Positions 12,413-23,486 of a stretch of DNA of 64,000 bases are shown here, one piece after another. Below the pieces are notes generated by a model. That model worked only from the letters and a program-made list of their open reading frames with translations, was not told the DNA's origin and ran no database searches. Positions within the stretch are counted from its first letter, which is position 1; the number at the start of each line of letters is the position of its first letter. Position numbers and translations under genes: made by a program. The stretch is from assembly GCA_964016885.1 (NCBI GenBank), contig OZ024747.1, positions 47,120,001 through 47,184,000 of the forward strand. Reading direction: 5' to 3'. The stretch is from Eledone cirrhosa (Eukaryota).

Positions 12413-15283
12413 AGTAACAGCAATGGTATGCTCTTGCTGCAGATGTGTGAGGAGCTGGATCTGTGTGTTACCAACACCATGTTCCAACAAAAGAACAAAT
12501 TCAAGACCACATGGATGCATCCTGCATCTAAGGAATGGCATCTTTTGGACTACGTCCTAGTCAGGATGCGTGACAGACAGGATGTGCGGTGTGTTCGTGT
12601 TCTTCGTGGAGCTGAGTGCTGGACGGACCACCGCCTGGTACGCGCAAAAGTGAATCTAATCACCAAACGTAAAATCCGGGCTCCTGGTGTTACCCTGCCC
12701 AAAAGATTGAATGCTGCTCGTCTTAAGGATAAAAATGTGAAGAGGACATTGGAAGAAGAGATGCAGGCTGCAGATCTTGGTGAGGATTGGCCGACCCTTA
12801 AAAAGTCGGTTTATGATGTAGGCAGACGTGTTCTGGGATTGGTGCAGAGAAAACATCAGGACTGGTTTAATGAGAAAGATGTGCATATAGATGACTTGTT
12901 GGCTGATAAGAGGCGCGCTCTGTCACGCTACTTGACGGCAAGACCACAGGAGAGGAATACGTTGCATGAGGAGCTCAGGGATGTAAAATCACGTGTTAGG
13001 CGGAGTCTTTCTCAGATGAAGGATCAGTGGTGGAGTGAGAAGGCTGGTGAGATACAAACTGCGTCTGATTGCAATAACACAAAGCTGTTGTACAGTCTCT
13101 TGCGTGAGGTTTATGGACCGTCTTCTTCTCTGGTGACACCGATTCGCAGCAAGGATGGCAAAGAACTTCTTCGTGACTCACAGGGAATTCTACGAAGGTG
13201 GCGGGAGCACTTTGATGATCTTTTGAATCAGCCGTCTGTCGTCAGTGAAGATTTCCTCAATCTCATTCCGGAAAGTCCTGTGAAAGTAGCTCTCGCAGAG
13301 CCTCCGACACTTGTGGAGGTTGCAGTGGCTATTTCGAAGCTGAACAGTGGAAGATCTCCAGGTATGGATGGCATACATGCTGAGCTCCTACAATATGGTG
13401 GTGAGAGACTCCTGCAACATCTTCACTCTCTGTTTGGAGGGATATGGGCTAATGAATCCGTGCCTGAGGACTGGAGAGATGCAGTAATGGTGGTCTTGTA
13501 CAAGGGAAAGGGTAACAGGAATGATTGTGGGAACTACAGAGGTATATCATTGCTTTCTGTCGTGGGGAAAGTTTTATGTAGGGTGCTTCTGGACCGTCTG
13601 CTGACACACATTGCAGATTGTGTCCTTCCTGAAAGTCAATCTGGTTTTCGTGTTGGACGCGGCACTACTGATATGATCTTCTCAGCTAGACAGCTCCAGG
13701 AGAAGTGCATTGAACAGGGCTTGGATCTGTATCAGGTTTTTGTCGATCTGACAAAGGCTTTCGATACTGTCAACAGAGATGCATTATGGAAGGTTCTCCA
13801 GAAACTTGGTTGCCCTGATAAGTTCCTTGCTTTAGTTAGGTCTTTCCATGACGACATGAAGGCTTGGGTTAATGTCGGAGGTAACATGTCGGAGCCTATC
13901 TCAGTAAAAAATGGAGTGAAGCAGGGGGATATTCCAGCACCGACCCTGTTTGCCATATACTTTGCAATGGTTTTCTGTGTTGCATTCAGGAATTGCGAGC
14001 ATGGTGTTTACATCCGATATCGAACCTCAGGCAGCATATTTAACATCAGGCGCTTTGCTGCGAAGACAAAAGTATTTACATCAGTCATAAGAGACCTCTT
14101 GTATGCAGATGATTGCGATCTTGTAGCGCACACAGAGAGTGATATGCAGCACATTTTGAATGTATTTTCTGACGCTTGCACTGCCCTGGGTTTGACTGTC
14201 AGTCTCAAGAAAACCGTCGTCATGTACCAACCTGCACCTGGTAGGCAGTACACTGAACCAAACATCTATGTGTATGGCAAACGACTTGGAGTGGTTGATC
14301 AGTTTGTCTACCTGGGAAGCACTGTCAATCGATACGGCAACCTTGACAGTGAAATCTCACTTAGGATTAGGAAAGCAAGTGATGCTTTCGGAAAGCTAGA
14401 AAGGCGACTCTGGGGTCGGCGAGACATATGCAGGAGGACAAAGGTAAGGGTGTACAGGGCATGTGTACTCTCTTGTCTTCTTTATGCCTGCGAGACCTGG
14501 GTCACATATCGACGCCACCTTAAGCAATTGGAGCGTTTCCATCAGATGTGTCTCAGACGGATACATGGCGTTCGCTGGAGGGACCACATCAGTGATGTCG
14601 AGATTTTGGAAAGCTCTATGTGTGACAGTATAGAAGCTCTTGTGCTTAAGCAGCGACTCCGTTGGAGTGGTCACCTTGCCAGGATGAAGGATTCTAGAAT
14701 ACCAAAACAACTCTTCTATGGAGAGTTGGTTAAAGGAAAACGACCGCCACATAAACCAAAAAAGAGGTATAAGGATTCCTTGAAGGCCTCTCTGAAAGAC
14801 GCTAACATCTCTGCTGATACATGGGAAAATATTGCTGCTGATCGTAATAAATGGAGAAAGACTGTATATGAGGGAAAAGTTGCCTTTGAGGCATCTCGAA
14901 TCGCACACGAGAAAGTAAAGCGGGACGTGAGGAAGGGTATTGCTGTTGCACTTCCAGACGGCGAGGGTCCTCCTATGTTTCTGACATGCAGCGTCTGTGC
15001 GAGACTCTGCCTAAGCAAAGCTGGACTCGAAAGTCATCTTCGCAGTCATAAAGTAAGACCAGTGGTTGACTACCAGGCTGCTGTTGGAGATGCTACTCAT
15101 CATGCTTGCCAAACATGTGGTAGAGAATGTAAATCAGCAGGAGGACTCAAGCGACATGCAAAAGTACACGAACTCCAACCACAGCCGACTATTCCCAGTA
15201 AATGTTTTGGTTGCCGACTCTGTGCAAGACATTTTGGATCATTGGCTGGGCTAAAAAGCCACATTCGATCGCAGCACTGTTAG
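12413..15283 (+). CDS. RTE ORF: C-terminal part of APE, reverse transcriptase and three C2H2 zinc fingers
   Basis: TWMHP..WHLLDYVL, TDHRLV, NYRGISLL, FVDLTKAFD, GVKQG, LLYADD, YLGS, RLRWSGH; CSVC..H..H, CQTC..H..H, CRLC..H..H. The first about 36 aa of the 992-aa track ORF are flanking microsatellite sequence. Confidence 0.92.
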   Translation, partial: SNSNGMLLLQMCEELDLCVTNTMFQQKNKFKTTWMHPASKEWHLLDYVLVRMRDRQDVRCVRVLRGAECWTDHRLVRAKVNLITKRKIRAPGVTLPKRLNAARLKDKNVKRTLEEEMQAADLGEDWPTLKKSVYDVGRRVLGLVQRKHQDWFNEKDVHIDDLLADKRRALSRYLTARPQERNTLHEELRDVKSRVRRSLSQMKDQWWSEKAGEIQTASDCNNTKLLYSLLREVYGPSSSLVTPIRSKDGKELLRDSQGILRRWREHFDDLLNQPSVVSEDFLNLIPESPVKVALAEPPTLVEVAVAISKLNSGRSPGMDGIHAELLQYGGERLLQHLHSLFGGIWANESVPEDWRDAVMVVLYKGKGNRNDCGNYRGISLLSVVGKVLCRVLLDRLLTHIADCVLPESQSGFRVGRGTTDMIFSARQLQEKCIEQGLDLYQVFVDLTKAFDTVNRDALWKVLQKLGCPDKFLALVRSFHDDMKAWVNVGGNMSEPISVKNGVKQGDIPAPTLFAIYFAMVFCVAFRNCEHGVYIRYRTSGSIFNIRRFAAKTKVFTSVIRDLLYADDCDLVAHTESDMQHILNVFSDACTALGLTVSLKKTVVMYQPAPGRQYTEPNIYVYGKRLGVVDQFVYLGSTVNRYGNLDSEISLRIRKASDAFGKLERRLWGRRDICRRTKVRVYRACVLSCLLYACETWVTYRRHLKQLERFHQMCLRRIHGVRWRDHISDVEILESSMCDSIEALVLKQRLRWSGHLARMKDSRIPKQLFYGELVKGKRPPHKPKKRYKDSLKASLKDANISADTWENIAADRNKWRKTVYEGKVAFEASRIAHEKVKRDVRKGIAVALPDGEGPPMFLTCSVCARLCLSKAGLESHLRSHKVRPVVDYQAAVGDATHHACQTCGRECKSAGGLKRHAKVHELQPQPTIPSKCFGCRLCARHFGSLAGLKSHIRSQHC

Positions 15284-15291
15284 TTGCTATC

Positions 15292-15329
<38 letters not shown>

Positions 15330-15408
15330 GCTTATGTGCGTGCGTGTGTGTGTATATATATATGAATATGTATATTATTATTGTTGTTGTCGTTATTATT
15401 ATTATTGC

Positions 15409-15457
<49 letters not shown>

Positions 15458-15525
15458 TTTTTTTTTTTTTTTTTTTTTTTATTGTGCAATGGCCATACTC
15501 GATAACGAGGGGGCAGCCATCATGT
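12413..15525 (+). mobile_element. RTE-clade (BovB-like) LINE, 5'-truncated, apparently young
   Basis: Open ORF of about 950 codons; 3' end TGGCCATACTCGATAACGAGGGGGCAGCCATC then ATGTA; begins just after an (ATGT)n tract. Confidence 0.93.
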
Positions 15526-15529
15526 ATTA

Positions 15530-15985
15530 GGGAGAGATGACCCCTTAGCCTTTGTCAAGGCAGAATTCTAGGAGAAGGAAAACTCTGATATAACACCTGC
15601 AACCCTGATGGTATCCAATGATGTTGACTTGTTCTTCTTTTTGGTAAATATCATCTTGGTTAAGAGAGTGGGACTGGCTTTGTGCAGTGCCTTTGCTCAC
15701 TATAAAAGCTTCACGGCACAGGCATTGCTTTATATCTGGAGATCTCTCTGCACTTGTCGTCACATGGTACCATGGGCCCAGCACTATGTGTCAATAATGG
15801 TGACAAGTGTAGTGTTTGTACCAGAGTTTTCAAGTCGCTGGCTGGACTAAAACGTCACAGCGTTCAGCGCATCGGTAGGGGTTCTCCTACATGGATATAA
15901 AGTAGTGGCCGTACTCGAAAACGAGTTGGCAGCCACCATGTATGTATGTATGTATGTATGTATGTATGTATGTATGTATGTATGT
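15530..15985 (+). mobile_element. Short RTE-derived element (family B) with (ATGT)n tail
   Basis: Ends in CSVCTRVFKSLAGLKRH-coding sequence and GGCCGTACTCGAAAACGAGTTGGCAGCCACC(ATGT)n, homologous to the 3' end of the neighbouring RTE; further copies at 32563, 55590, 56291. Confidence 0.8.
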
Positions 15986-16489
15986 ATGAATTATGTATGT
16001 ATTATGTATGTATATATTTCGTTGTTATTGTCTCATCACGTTTTTTTTCAAAATGTGTTACCTCTTTTTACCCTTACTTTTCTCTCTCTCCAACTATTTC
16101 CCTCGTCTGCACGCAGGAGCAACTACTATCTCTCTATCTCACTCTCACTCTCTCTCTCTCTATCTCTCTCTCTCTCTCTCTCCCTCTCTCTCTCTCTCTA
16201 TTACCTGTCAATTATGTCCAATGTCTTTACTTTCCTGAAGTAATGCGTTTACTTTCCGAAAAAGACATTATCCGAAACGTAGAAAGTATCGCTCCCAAAG
16301 GCATACAAACACAAGAAACTTTCAAACTTTACCAACAAAGACAACAAATACCCAATTTGCATTCTGGTTATATATGTTTATATATATGTTAAACATATAT
16401 ATATATATATATATATATAAAATAAAGGTAGGATCGGCTTATCCTCAAGAAGTTAGAACGTAACAAATAAGATAAACAACACTCTTCTG

Positions 16490-16528
<39 letters not shown>

Positions 16529-16894
16529 TGGGTATTTATGTGTGTTTATGTGTGTATACTTTCGTATGAATATATAAACAAATTCGTATTTATATGAAAT
16601 ATTTATGCAAGTTTTCTGTATCATTTTTACATTGAATCTCCATAATAATCTGTCATATGATATAAAATGATATATTTTTGCCATATCGATGATATACCTT
16701 TCTATCATATATGGTTCCATATTTAAGAGAAAATATATTATATACATTATATACATTATTCTGCAAAATTATTTTAATGATGTAATCTCAAACTACATTA
16801 ATATATTTCAAAATAATACTAGAAAACCACAAAAGGTTGCCTGATCACTAAAACAGTTCGCTGACACAAGTGTAGCATAATATTAGGTATATGG

Positions 16895-17100
16895 AGTGTA
16901 GTGGTTTGGCAGGATTGGTAGAATGTCGGATAAATTGCCAATATGCTATTTGCTTTCACTCTTTATGTTCTGAGTTCAAATCTTGGCAAAGTGAACTTTG
17001 CCTTTTTTCCGTATCCGACTCGATAAAATAAAGTTGGTTTAATCAACATTGCCCTTCCCCAAAGAGTGCTTTCGTTTTTCTTAAAGTAGAAATCAATATT
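16895..17100 (+). mobile_element. SINE family A, diverged copy
   Basis: TGGCAGGATTGGTAG...CTGAGTTCAAATC...AACTTTGCCTTT...CGATAAAATAAAG. Confidence 0.65.
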
Positions 17101-17249
17101 ATGTATAGTGTCGGATAAAATGCCCTTGTGCTAATTGTGTTAGGCTGATCACGGACCATATATGGCCCGTGTAATGTTTTTGGTTACATTATCCAGTGTA
17201 ATATAAAGCCTGTCGCTGCTGTAACAAGGTATAAAAGCCATGTTTTACT

Positions 17250-17935
17250 AATGAAAATCAAAAAATTTATAAACAAATCAATTTCAAATAACAACCACAC
17301 TACAGGTATTTAAAAACAGAAAATGAAAGGAAAGGAAGAACCCTAGGGTCACATAAGGATGGGCGGGGAAGAGGGGTGATGGACTCTAGGACTAGCGCGC
17401 AGCGATTGTTGGGGCTGCACCCCGCGGATAAGACATCAAAGACATTTCCTCGAAGAATGGCCAATGACACCCGCTTCAACAGCCACCCGTCTTGTGGAGC
17501 TCTTTCCTCAGATGGGTTGCTGACGTTCCAATCTTGTGGAGGAGCTCGGCACTACGGGGGTCCAAGTACACCTCAGGTCTCGACGATGACCGGTCGAAGA
17601 GGAAGCGGCCAGACAATCCTCGATGTTTGTTTATCTACCTTTCAACAGCAGTGCGGGCCGTAGTACTGGGGTTTGTCGCCGAAGTGACTAAGTTGGAGGC
17701 GGAGAACGTATCGCAACATGTGGCGTCCCGGATGAAGGATCTACATCTTTTGATTGGGAAGAGGGTAATTCCGCCGGGGCGCTTGCTGGCTCACACACGA
17801 CGAGGCCGAGGCGTTGGGTCACTCTGATGCGAGTACACTCGTCATCAAGAAGAGTACCGGTTGATGAGGAGGGCACGGAATTGAGATACAAGCCACTGTT
17901 TGGCTGTGAAATGGAGCGGAGGCTGGCGAGACACA
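17250..17935 (-). mobile_element. CRE-clade non-LTR retrotransposon 3' fragment (restriction-like endonuclease), degenerate
   Basis: SGLYLNSVPSSSTGTLLDD..RI...RLG; DATCCDT; VIVET*GVL; RVSLAILRGN, matching CRE C-terminal motifs. Confidence 0.75.
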
Positions 17936-18554
17936 TAGAATAGATAGATAGATGTGTGTGTGCGTGTTTATATGTATGCGTGTCTGTATGTACTGTTTAG
18001 CGTACACCCACATAAAAGAAAATGACTTGGCCTTCTCTCTAAGAACTACATAATTTAGACTTATCAAAGTTATATACAGTTTGCCTATAACCGAAGACAA
18101 ATTCTTTGAAATCCTTTTGACCTGATTTTGAATACGTGTTTACATCAAATAGATGAAAACCTACAACGTATGTGGAATTGCTTGGAAAAACAGTTCGCAA
18201 TCTCTGCATCAGAATCTATCACTATATGGCTTTTTTAAATTTCAAAGTGAAAAGAACCCACGAAAAACTGGCAGAGGCGCTTATAAACTTCTTGCGTGGA
18301 CGTGCCAAAAGCGTTACAGTTTTATTTTACTTTTCTGTATAAAGTATAATTGGATCAACTCTGACCCTTTAAAAAGCTTGGTGCTATTCAATCATTAAAA
18401 GTCAGACAGACAGAGAATAACAGAAAGAAAGAAAGAAAGTGTACACTCAATACTAAAATTCAGTTTAAATAATCTTTATTATATCTGTCTGATGATCCTG
18501 TGAGGGTACAGGATCCAGACTAACAAGACTCAACACGTAGCTATAATAATAATA

Positions 18555-18937
18555 ATAATTGTTTCGTTTCTACGTTAGGCACAAAGCCAGCAATTACCCA
18601 GTGCATTACTGGTACTTTATTTTATCGACCCCGTAAGGATGAAAGGAAAAGTTAACCTTGGCGGGATTTGAACTCAGAATGGCAAGGGCCGTAACTCTAT
18701 GCGTCCAAGCATGGCGTCCGACTCTCTACCGATACTGCCAATCCACCGCCCTACAATTTGGGGGAGGGGAAATCGAATCAATCCACCACAGTGTGTTAGT
18801 GGTGCTTTATTTCATCGACCCCATACGAATGGAAGGCAAAGCTAACCTCGGCGGGATTTGAACTCAGATCATAAAGGGCTGTAACTCTCTGTCACAAAGC
18901 AGGGTGTCCAACGGTCTACCGATACTGCTAATCCACG
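18555..18937 (-). mobile_element. Two tandem SINE family A copies
   Basis: Reverse complement of the family A consensus occurs twice. Confidence 0.85.
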
Positions 18938-19022
18938 ATATGGACTTTATTGGATTATTGAGTGAATGAGGAAATGACCGAAGCTGTGTCCATTCTATTC
19001 GATGAACTCATCTCTTAATTAA

Positions 19023-19288
19023 ATCCTAAACCGACGGTAGTCGGTTTAGTAATATTGTTGTCTTAGTGATTTCGTTGGCAATCGTCTCTTTACAGCATTA
19101 TTAGAATGTCTTCCGATTATCAAAATCACATGAAAGTTATATGAGCATGGAGAGTAAATCATTGCACATCTCTTAAGCTAAAAATCTCGAAATTTCGTTC
19201 AGCACAAAAAAAGTTATGATCAAAGTTTGCTGAAAAAAACTGTGTTCAAGTGAGTAAGTGAGTGAGTAAGGGTGACGCTCTGTGCATT
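19023..19288. repeat. Isolated copy of the terminal about 265 bp of the Helentron-like element
   Basis: Nearly identical direct repeat of 19861-20128; truncated near a poly-C/(CTT)n tract. Confidence 0.9.
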
Positions 19289-19593
19289 TTCTCTTCTTCC
19301 GACTCCAATAATCCCCCTCCTCCTCCACTTGTTTTGTTCCTCTTCCCCCCCCCCCCTCCCTCATCATCATTTTCTTCTTCTTCTTCTTCTTCTTCTTCTT
19401 CTTCTTCTTCTTCTTCTTCTTCTTCTTCTTCTTCGTGTAAATATCAAGAAATAAATGATTATTGTTGTTTTATTAATATATTAAGAAATGTTTGGTTCTG
19501 GTGTTGGTATTATTAAATAAGTATGTATAATGTCTATGTATAAATGCATATAACCTTCATAAATATGATTATACTTGTATGTTTGTATGAACG

Positions 19594-19681
<88 letters not shown>

Positions 19682-20165
19682 TTTCGTACTCATTACGCAT
19701 GTACGCAAATATGATTTAAATACTTAAATTGTATAAATCGGAGATTACATCTGGTATATATCCAATATAGTATGCAAGTGAACATTTTGTTTGCAAATTA
19801 GATTTTAGATACGTACGCAACATATTAATTTTTTCATTTGTATATATATATATATATATATCCTAAACCGACGGTAGTCGGTTTAGTAATATTGTTGTCT
19901 TAGTGATTTCGTTGGCAATCGTCTCTTTACAGCATTATTAGAATGTCTTCCGATTATCAAAATCACATGAAAGTTATATGAGCATGGAGAGTAAATCATT
20001 GCACATCTCTTATAAGCTAAAAATCTCGAAATTTCGTTCAGCACAAAAAAAGTTATGATCAAAGTTTGCTGAAAAAAACTGTGTTCAAGTGAGTAAGTGA
20101 GTGAGTAAGGGTGACGCTCTGTGCATTTGATGCATCTCTTGGGACCGGTCAGAGGAGGATAAGGG

Positions 20166-20731
20166 GTTATTCGGGGTGCGGCGCTTATTCGAACCCTCCC
20201 CCAGTGACTGCGATTATTCGGGGTGAGACGCTTATTCGAACCCCCCCCCGCTTATTCGAACCCTCCCCCCAGTGACTGCGATTATTCGGGGTGCGGCGCT
20301 TATTCGAACCCTCCCCCCAGTGACTGCGGTTATTCGGGGTGCGGCGTTTATTCGAACCCTCCCCCCAGTGACTGCGATTATTCGGGGTGCGGCGCTTATT
20401 CGAACCCTCCCCCCAGTGACTGCGGTTATTCGGGGTGCGGCGCTTATTCGAACCCTCCCCCAGTGACTGCGATTATTCGGGGTGAGGCGCTTATTCGAAC
20501 CCCCCCCCCCCTCCCCCCCACAGTGACTGCGGTTATTCGGGGTGCGGCGCTTATTCGAACCCCCCCCCACAGTGACTGCGATTATTCGGGGTGAGGCGCT
20601 TATTCGAACCCTCCCCCAGTGACTGCTGTTATTTGGGGTGAGGGTCTTATTCGAACCCCCCCTAGTGACTGCGGTTATTCGGGGTGCGGTGGTTATTTGA
20701 ACCCCCCCCCCCCCCAGTGACTGCGGTTATT
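20166..20731. repeat. 48-bp GC-rich minisatellite, about 11 units
   Basis: Unit GCTTATTCGAACCCTCCCCCCAGTGACTGCGATTATTCGGGGTGCGGC; 16-aa periodicity in the ORF track. Confidence 0.95.
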
Positions 20732-21056
20732 TTTTTGAATTTGAATTTTAAATGTTGATACAATGTGGCAGTAAACATTAATCATTGAGCTAATTAGGAG
20801 CTATTATGTTCTCCTATCTCGCGATAAGTGGTCACACGTTGCAAACTAGTTGAGGTTGTCTTCTATTTATATTCAAATGAGTAATCACTCACTGCATTGT
20901 TCTCTTTCAAAGCAGTCGCTGATTGATATACTAGAAATTCAGAAAATCATTTGGATTTGTACTAATAGTTGTGAATAGTTGTGCTATTTTTTGTACCGAT
21001 AGGTGCGAGTAGTGAACTCATTTGCGATAGGTGCGAATAGTGTGCTCATTTGACAT

Positions 21057-21719
21057 ATGAAAATGACGTCTCTCGGCTTTTTTATCGGCTTATTTATTTT
21101 GACTATTACAAATGAAAAATTTGTTTCCCTGCAAAAGTCTCGCCAAAATGGTCGCAAAAAAAATCGCAAAAGGTCACTTCATACGTTTCGCGGCTTTCGA
21201 AAAAAGTCACCATATACGTTTCGCGGCTTTTTGATCGGCTTATTACTTTTTTGCCTGGCGCGAAAATGCAATATTTCCATTTCGAATGAAACAATTCCAC
21301 AATCGGGCAATTCGAATGATGAAATTCACATTCAGGCGGCTTTTTACAAATCCAATAAACGAATTTACCCGATTTCCAATCAGAAATATAGAACACGTGC
21401 ACTGATCTTATCATTGCTTATTATCGGTTGTGTTGAATTAAATCCTGGACCTGAATTTGAATTCAATGAGACTGATAGTGCTTCCGAATGTCCCAAAGAT
21501 CAAAAAATTCATAAAGAGAATGAAAAACGGAGAAAAAATGCCATTAGGAATAGGGAGTATAAAAAACGGAAAGCTGCTGAAATAAAAGAAAAAAGACAAT
21601 CAGAACAAGCAAAACATATGAATAATGCATACCAAAAAGCGCGTGAAGAAAATACAAAAATCCAAAAAAAATTATCATGTGAAAAATTGACAAAAAATCG
21701 ACAAAAATGGCGTGCGTGA
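21057..21719 (+). CDS. TE-derived ORF remnant with 2A-like motif and basic coiled-coil
   Basis: RALILSLLIIGCVELNPGP followed by an EKRRKNAIRNREYKKRKAAEIKEKRQ helix; runs into about 74-bp tandem repeats (21640-21900). Confidence 0.45.
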   Translation: MKMTSLGFFIGLFILTITNEKFVSLQKSRQNGRKKNRKRSLHTFRGFRKKSPYTFRGFLIGLLLFCLARKCNISISNETIPQSGNSNDEIHIQAAFYKSNKRIYPISNQKYRTRALILSLLIIGCVELNPGPEFEFNETDSASECPKDQKIHKENEKRRKNAIRNREYKKRKAAEIKEKRQSEQAKHMNNAYQKAREENTKIQKKLSCEKLTKNRQKWRA

Positions 21720-22369
21720 AGAAAATCCAAAAATCCCAAAAAAAATTATCATGTGAAAAATTGACAAAAAATCGACAAAAATGGCGCGCGTGAAAAAAAA
21801 TCAAAAAAACCCAAAAAAATTTGCATGTGAAAAATTGACAAAAAATCGACCAAAAATGGCGCGCGTGAAAAAAATCCCAAAAAAATTTGCATGTGAAAAT
21901 TGATATTTGCCTTCTATTGCATTAGAATTTGTCATGTTTAATTAAAATGTTATTTTCAACTAAATGCAAATGGTGCAAATTTGCTCCATTTAGATTCAGT
22001 TGTTAATGCTCACCTACTAATTTAAAAAAATTGTATTTTCTTAAATGACTCTTATTTATCATAAGTTAATATTTTTAAGATAGGTGAGTGCTCCACGATC
22101 TGACCTATGTCCCCGCCATGTGGAGTGGATGCTTGTACCAATTAGATAAAATATCTCAACTTATTTCTGTGACTCCAATGCACAGGCTGACACTGTAGCT
22201 TGAATTAAATTCAAAATTGGTACAAGTAACTAAGAGGTCACAAAAGAATAGCTTCACTTTCACCTATAGTTTTCATTAACATCATTTTTGGGATTTTTTG
22301 ATAGAAGTAACTAAAGTAATAACTATTTAATTAAGTAGTTGTTGTTTGCATTGCCTTGAAAAATAGGAA

Positions 22370-23486
22370 ACTAGCTAGAAAAATGCGTACAGCAAAAAAA
22401 AGTAATATTGTTGGAACAAACCTTTAAAAATACAGGACAAGGAAGTAAGATAAACCTTTAAAAATACAGGACAAAGAACTAAGATAAAACTTTAAAAGAA
22501 TAGGACAAGGAATATAAATTTTTACAATAATATTAGTGGCAAAAATTTTATTGGAAAAATAGATAATTGATCAAATAAAAGTGATTTATTTGAGTAACAT
22601 GAAATTACTTAATGAGAAATATCAATACAATGAAATTGATCCCTGTCTTGTGTTCCTCCTCCAAGTCCGAGTTGTACCAACTGGTTCATTGGTTCATGAG
22701 GAAGTGGGCCAGGAAAAATGTAGGAAAAGTCATCATGGTTCATTTCTGTTCTTCCCTTCTACTCGAGCCCCCTCAGCGCCTGCATCCCCCAGCTACAATG
22801 ACTCCCAAATCAGCAGTCTGTTGCTCCTGCACCAACGCCTCCACCTCCTCCCCCCTCGTCGCCTGCTTCAACTTTCATCATTGCTGCGCCAACATGCCCA
22901 GTGCTGTCTGGAAGTGGTTCAACGAGTCCGGCGCCGGCTTCACCTGCTTCAAGTGCTCTCCCAGGAAGAAGCACTCTGCCCTATCCACCTGCCCTTCTAC
23001 CACTGCCCATGAAGCCAGTCCGGAACCGTCAACCGTGCCTCAAAGTGTCATCGAGGACCAGCAGGATTCCGAGTCGAACACGGGCCCATTCACCTTGGTC
23101 ACTCGCCGTCATCGTCCCAGAGTCAAGACCCGTACCCCTCTCTCTCCCCCTCCAGTTCCTGCTCCGACCCAGTCCGAGTTGCGCCGGGTCATCCGCGAGG
23201 AGTTGGACCGGGAAAGATGACAGACAAGTGATCATGGTTGGAGTGGATGCATGCGGAACATCATAGTTGTAATTGGTGTAATGATGGAAACTCAATTTTT
23301 TACCAATTGAATTTTGCCACTAATATTATTGTAAAAATTTATATTCCTTGTCCTATTCTTTTAAAGTTTTATCTTAGTTCTTTGTCCTGTATTTTTAAAG
23401 GTTTATCTTACTTCCTTGTCCTGTATTTTTAAAGGTTTGTTCCAACAATATTACTTTTTTTTGCTGTACGCATTTTTCTAGCTAGT
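22370..23486. repeat. About 175-bp inverted repeat pair enclosing a GC-rich ORF
   Basis: 22370-22545 is the reverse complement of 23311-23486; internal about 34-bp subrepeats (CTTTAAAAATACAGGACAA). Confidence 0.9.
22798..23220 (+). pseudogene. PHD-finger-like fragment resembling CR1/L2 LINE ORF1
   Basis: CCSC...VAC..FHHCC......W.W......FTCFKC, then a Pro/Ser linker and LRRVIREELDRER. Confidence 0.55.

Larger units (their letters stand above)
19861..23486. mobile_element. Putative non-autonomous Helentron/HINE-like rolling-circle element, about 3.6 kb
   Basis: Terminal hairpin CTAAACCGAC-GGTA-GTCGGTTTAG; 13-bp subterminal inverted repeat AGTAATATTGTTG (19885-19897) / CAACAATATTACT (23443-23455); GTGA/GTAA microsatellite; central tandem repeats; TA tracts at both ends. 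Confidence 0.55.

Noticed and set aside
20166-20731. CRISPR array or Cys/Pro repeat protein
   Set aside because: Simple 48-bp minisatellite with no spacers; poly-C length changes break the frame
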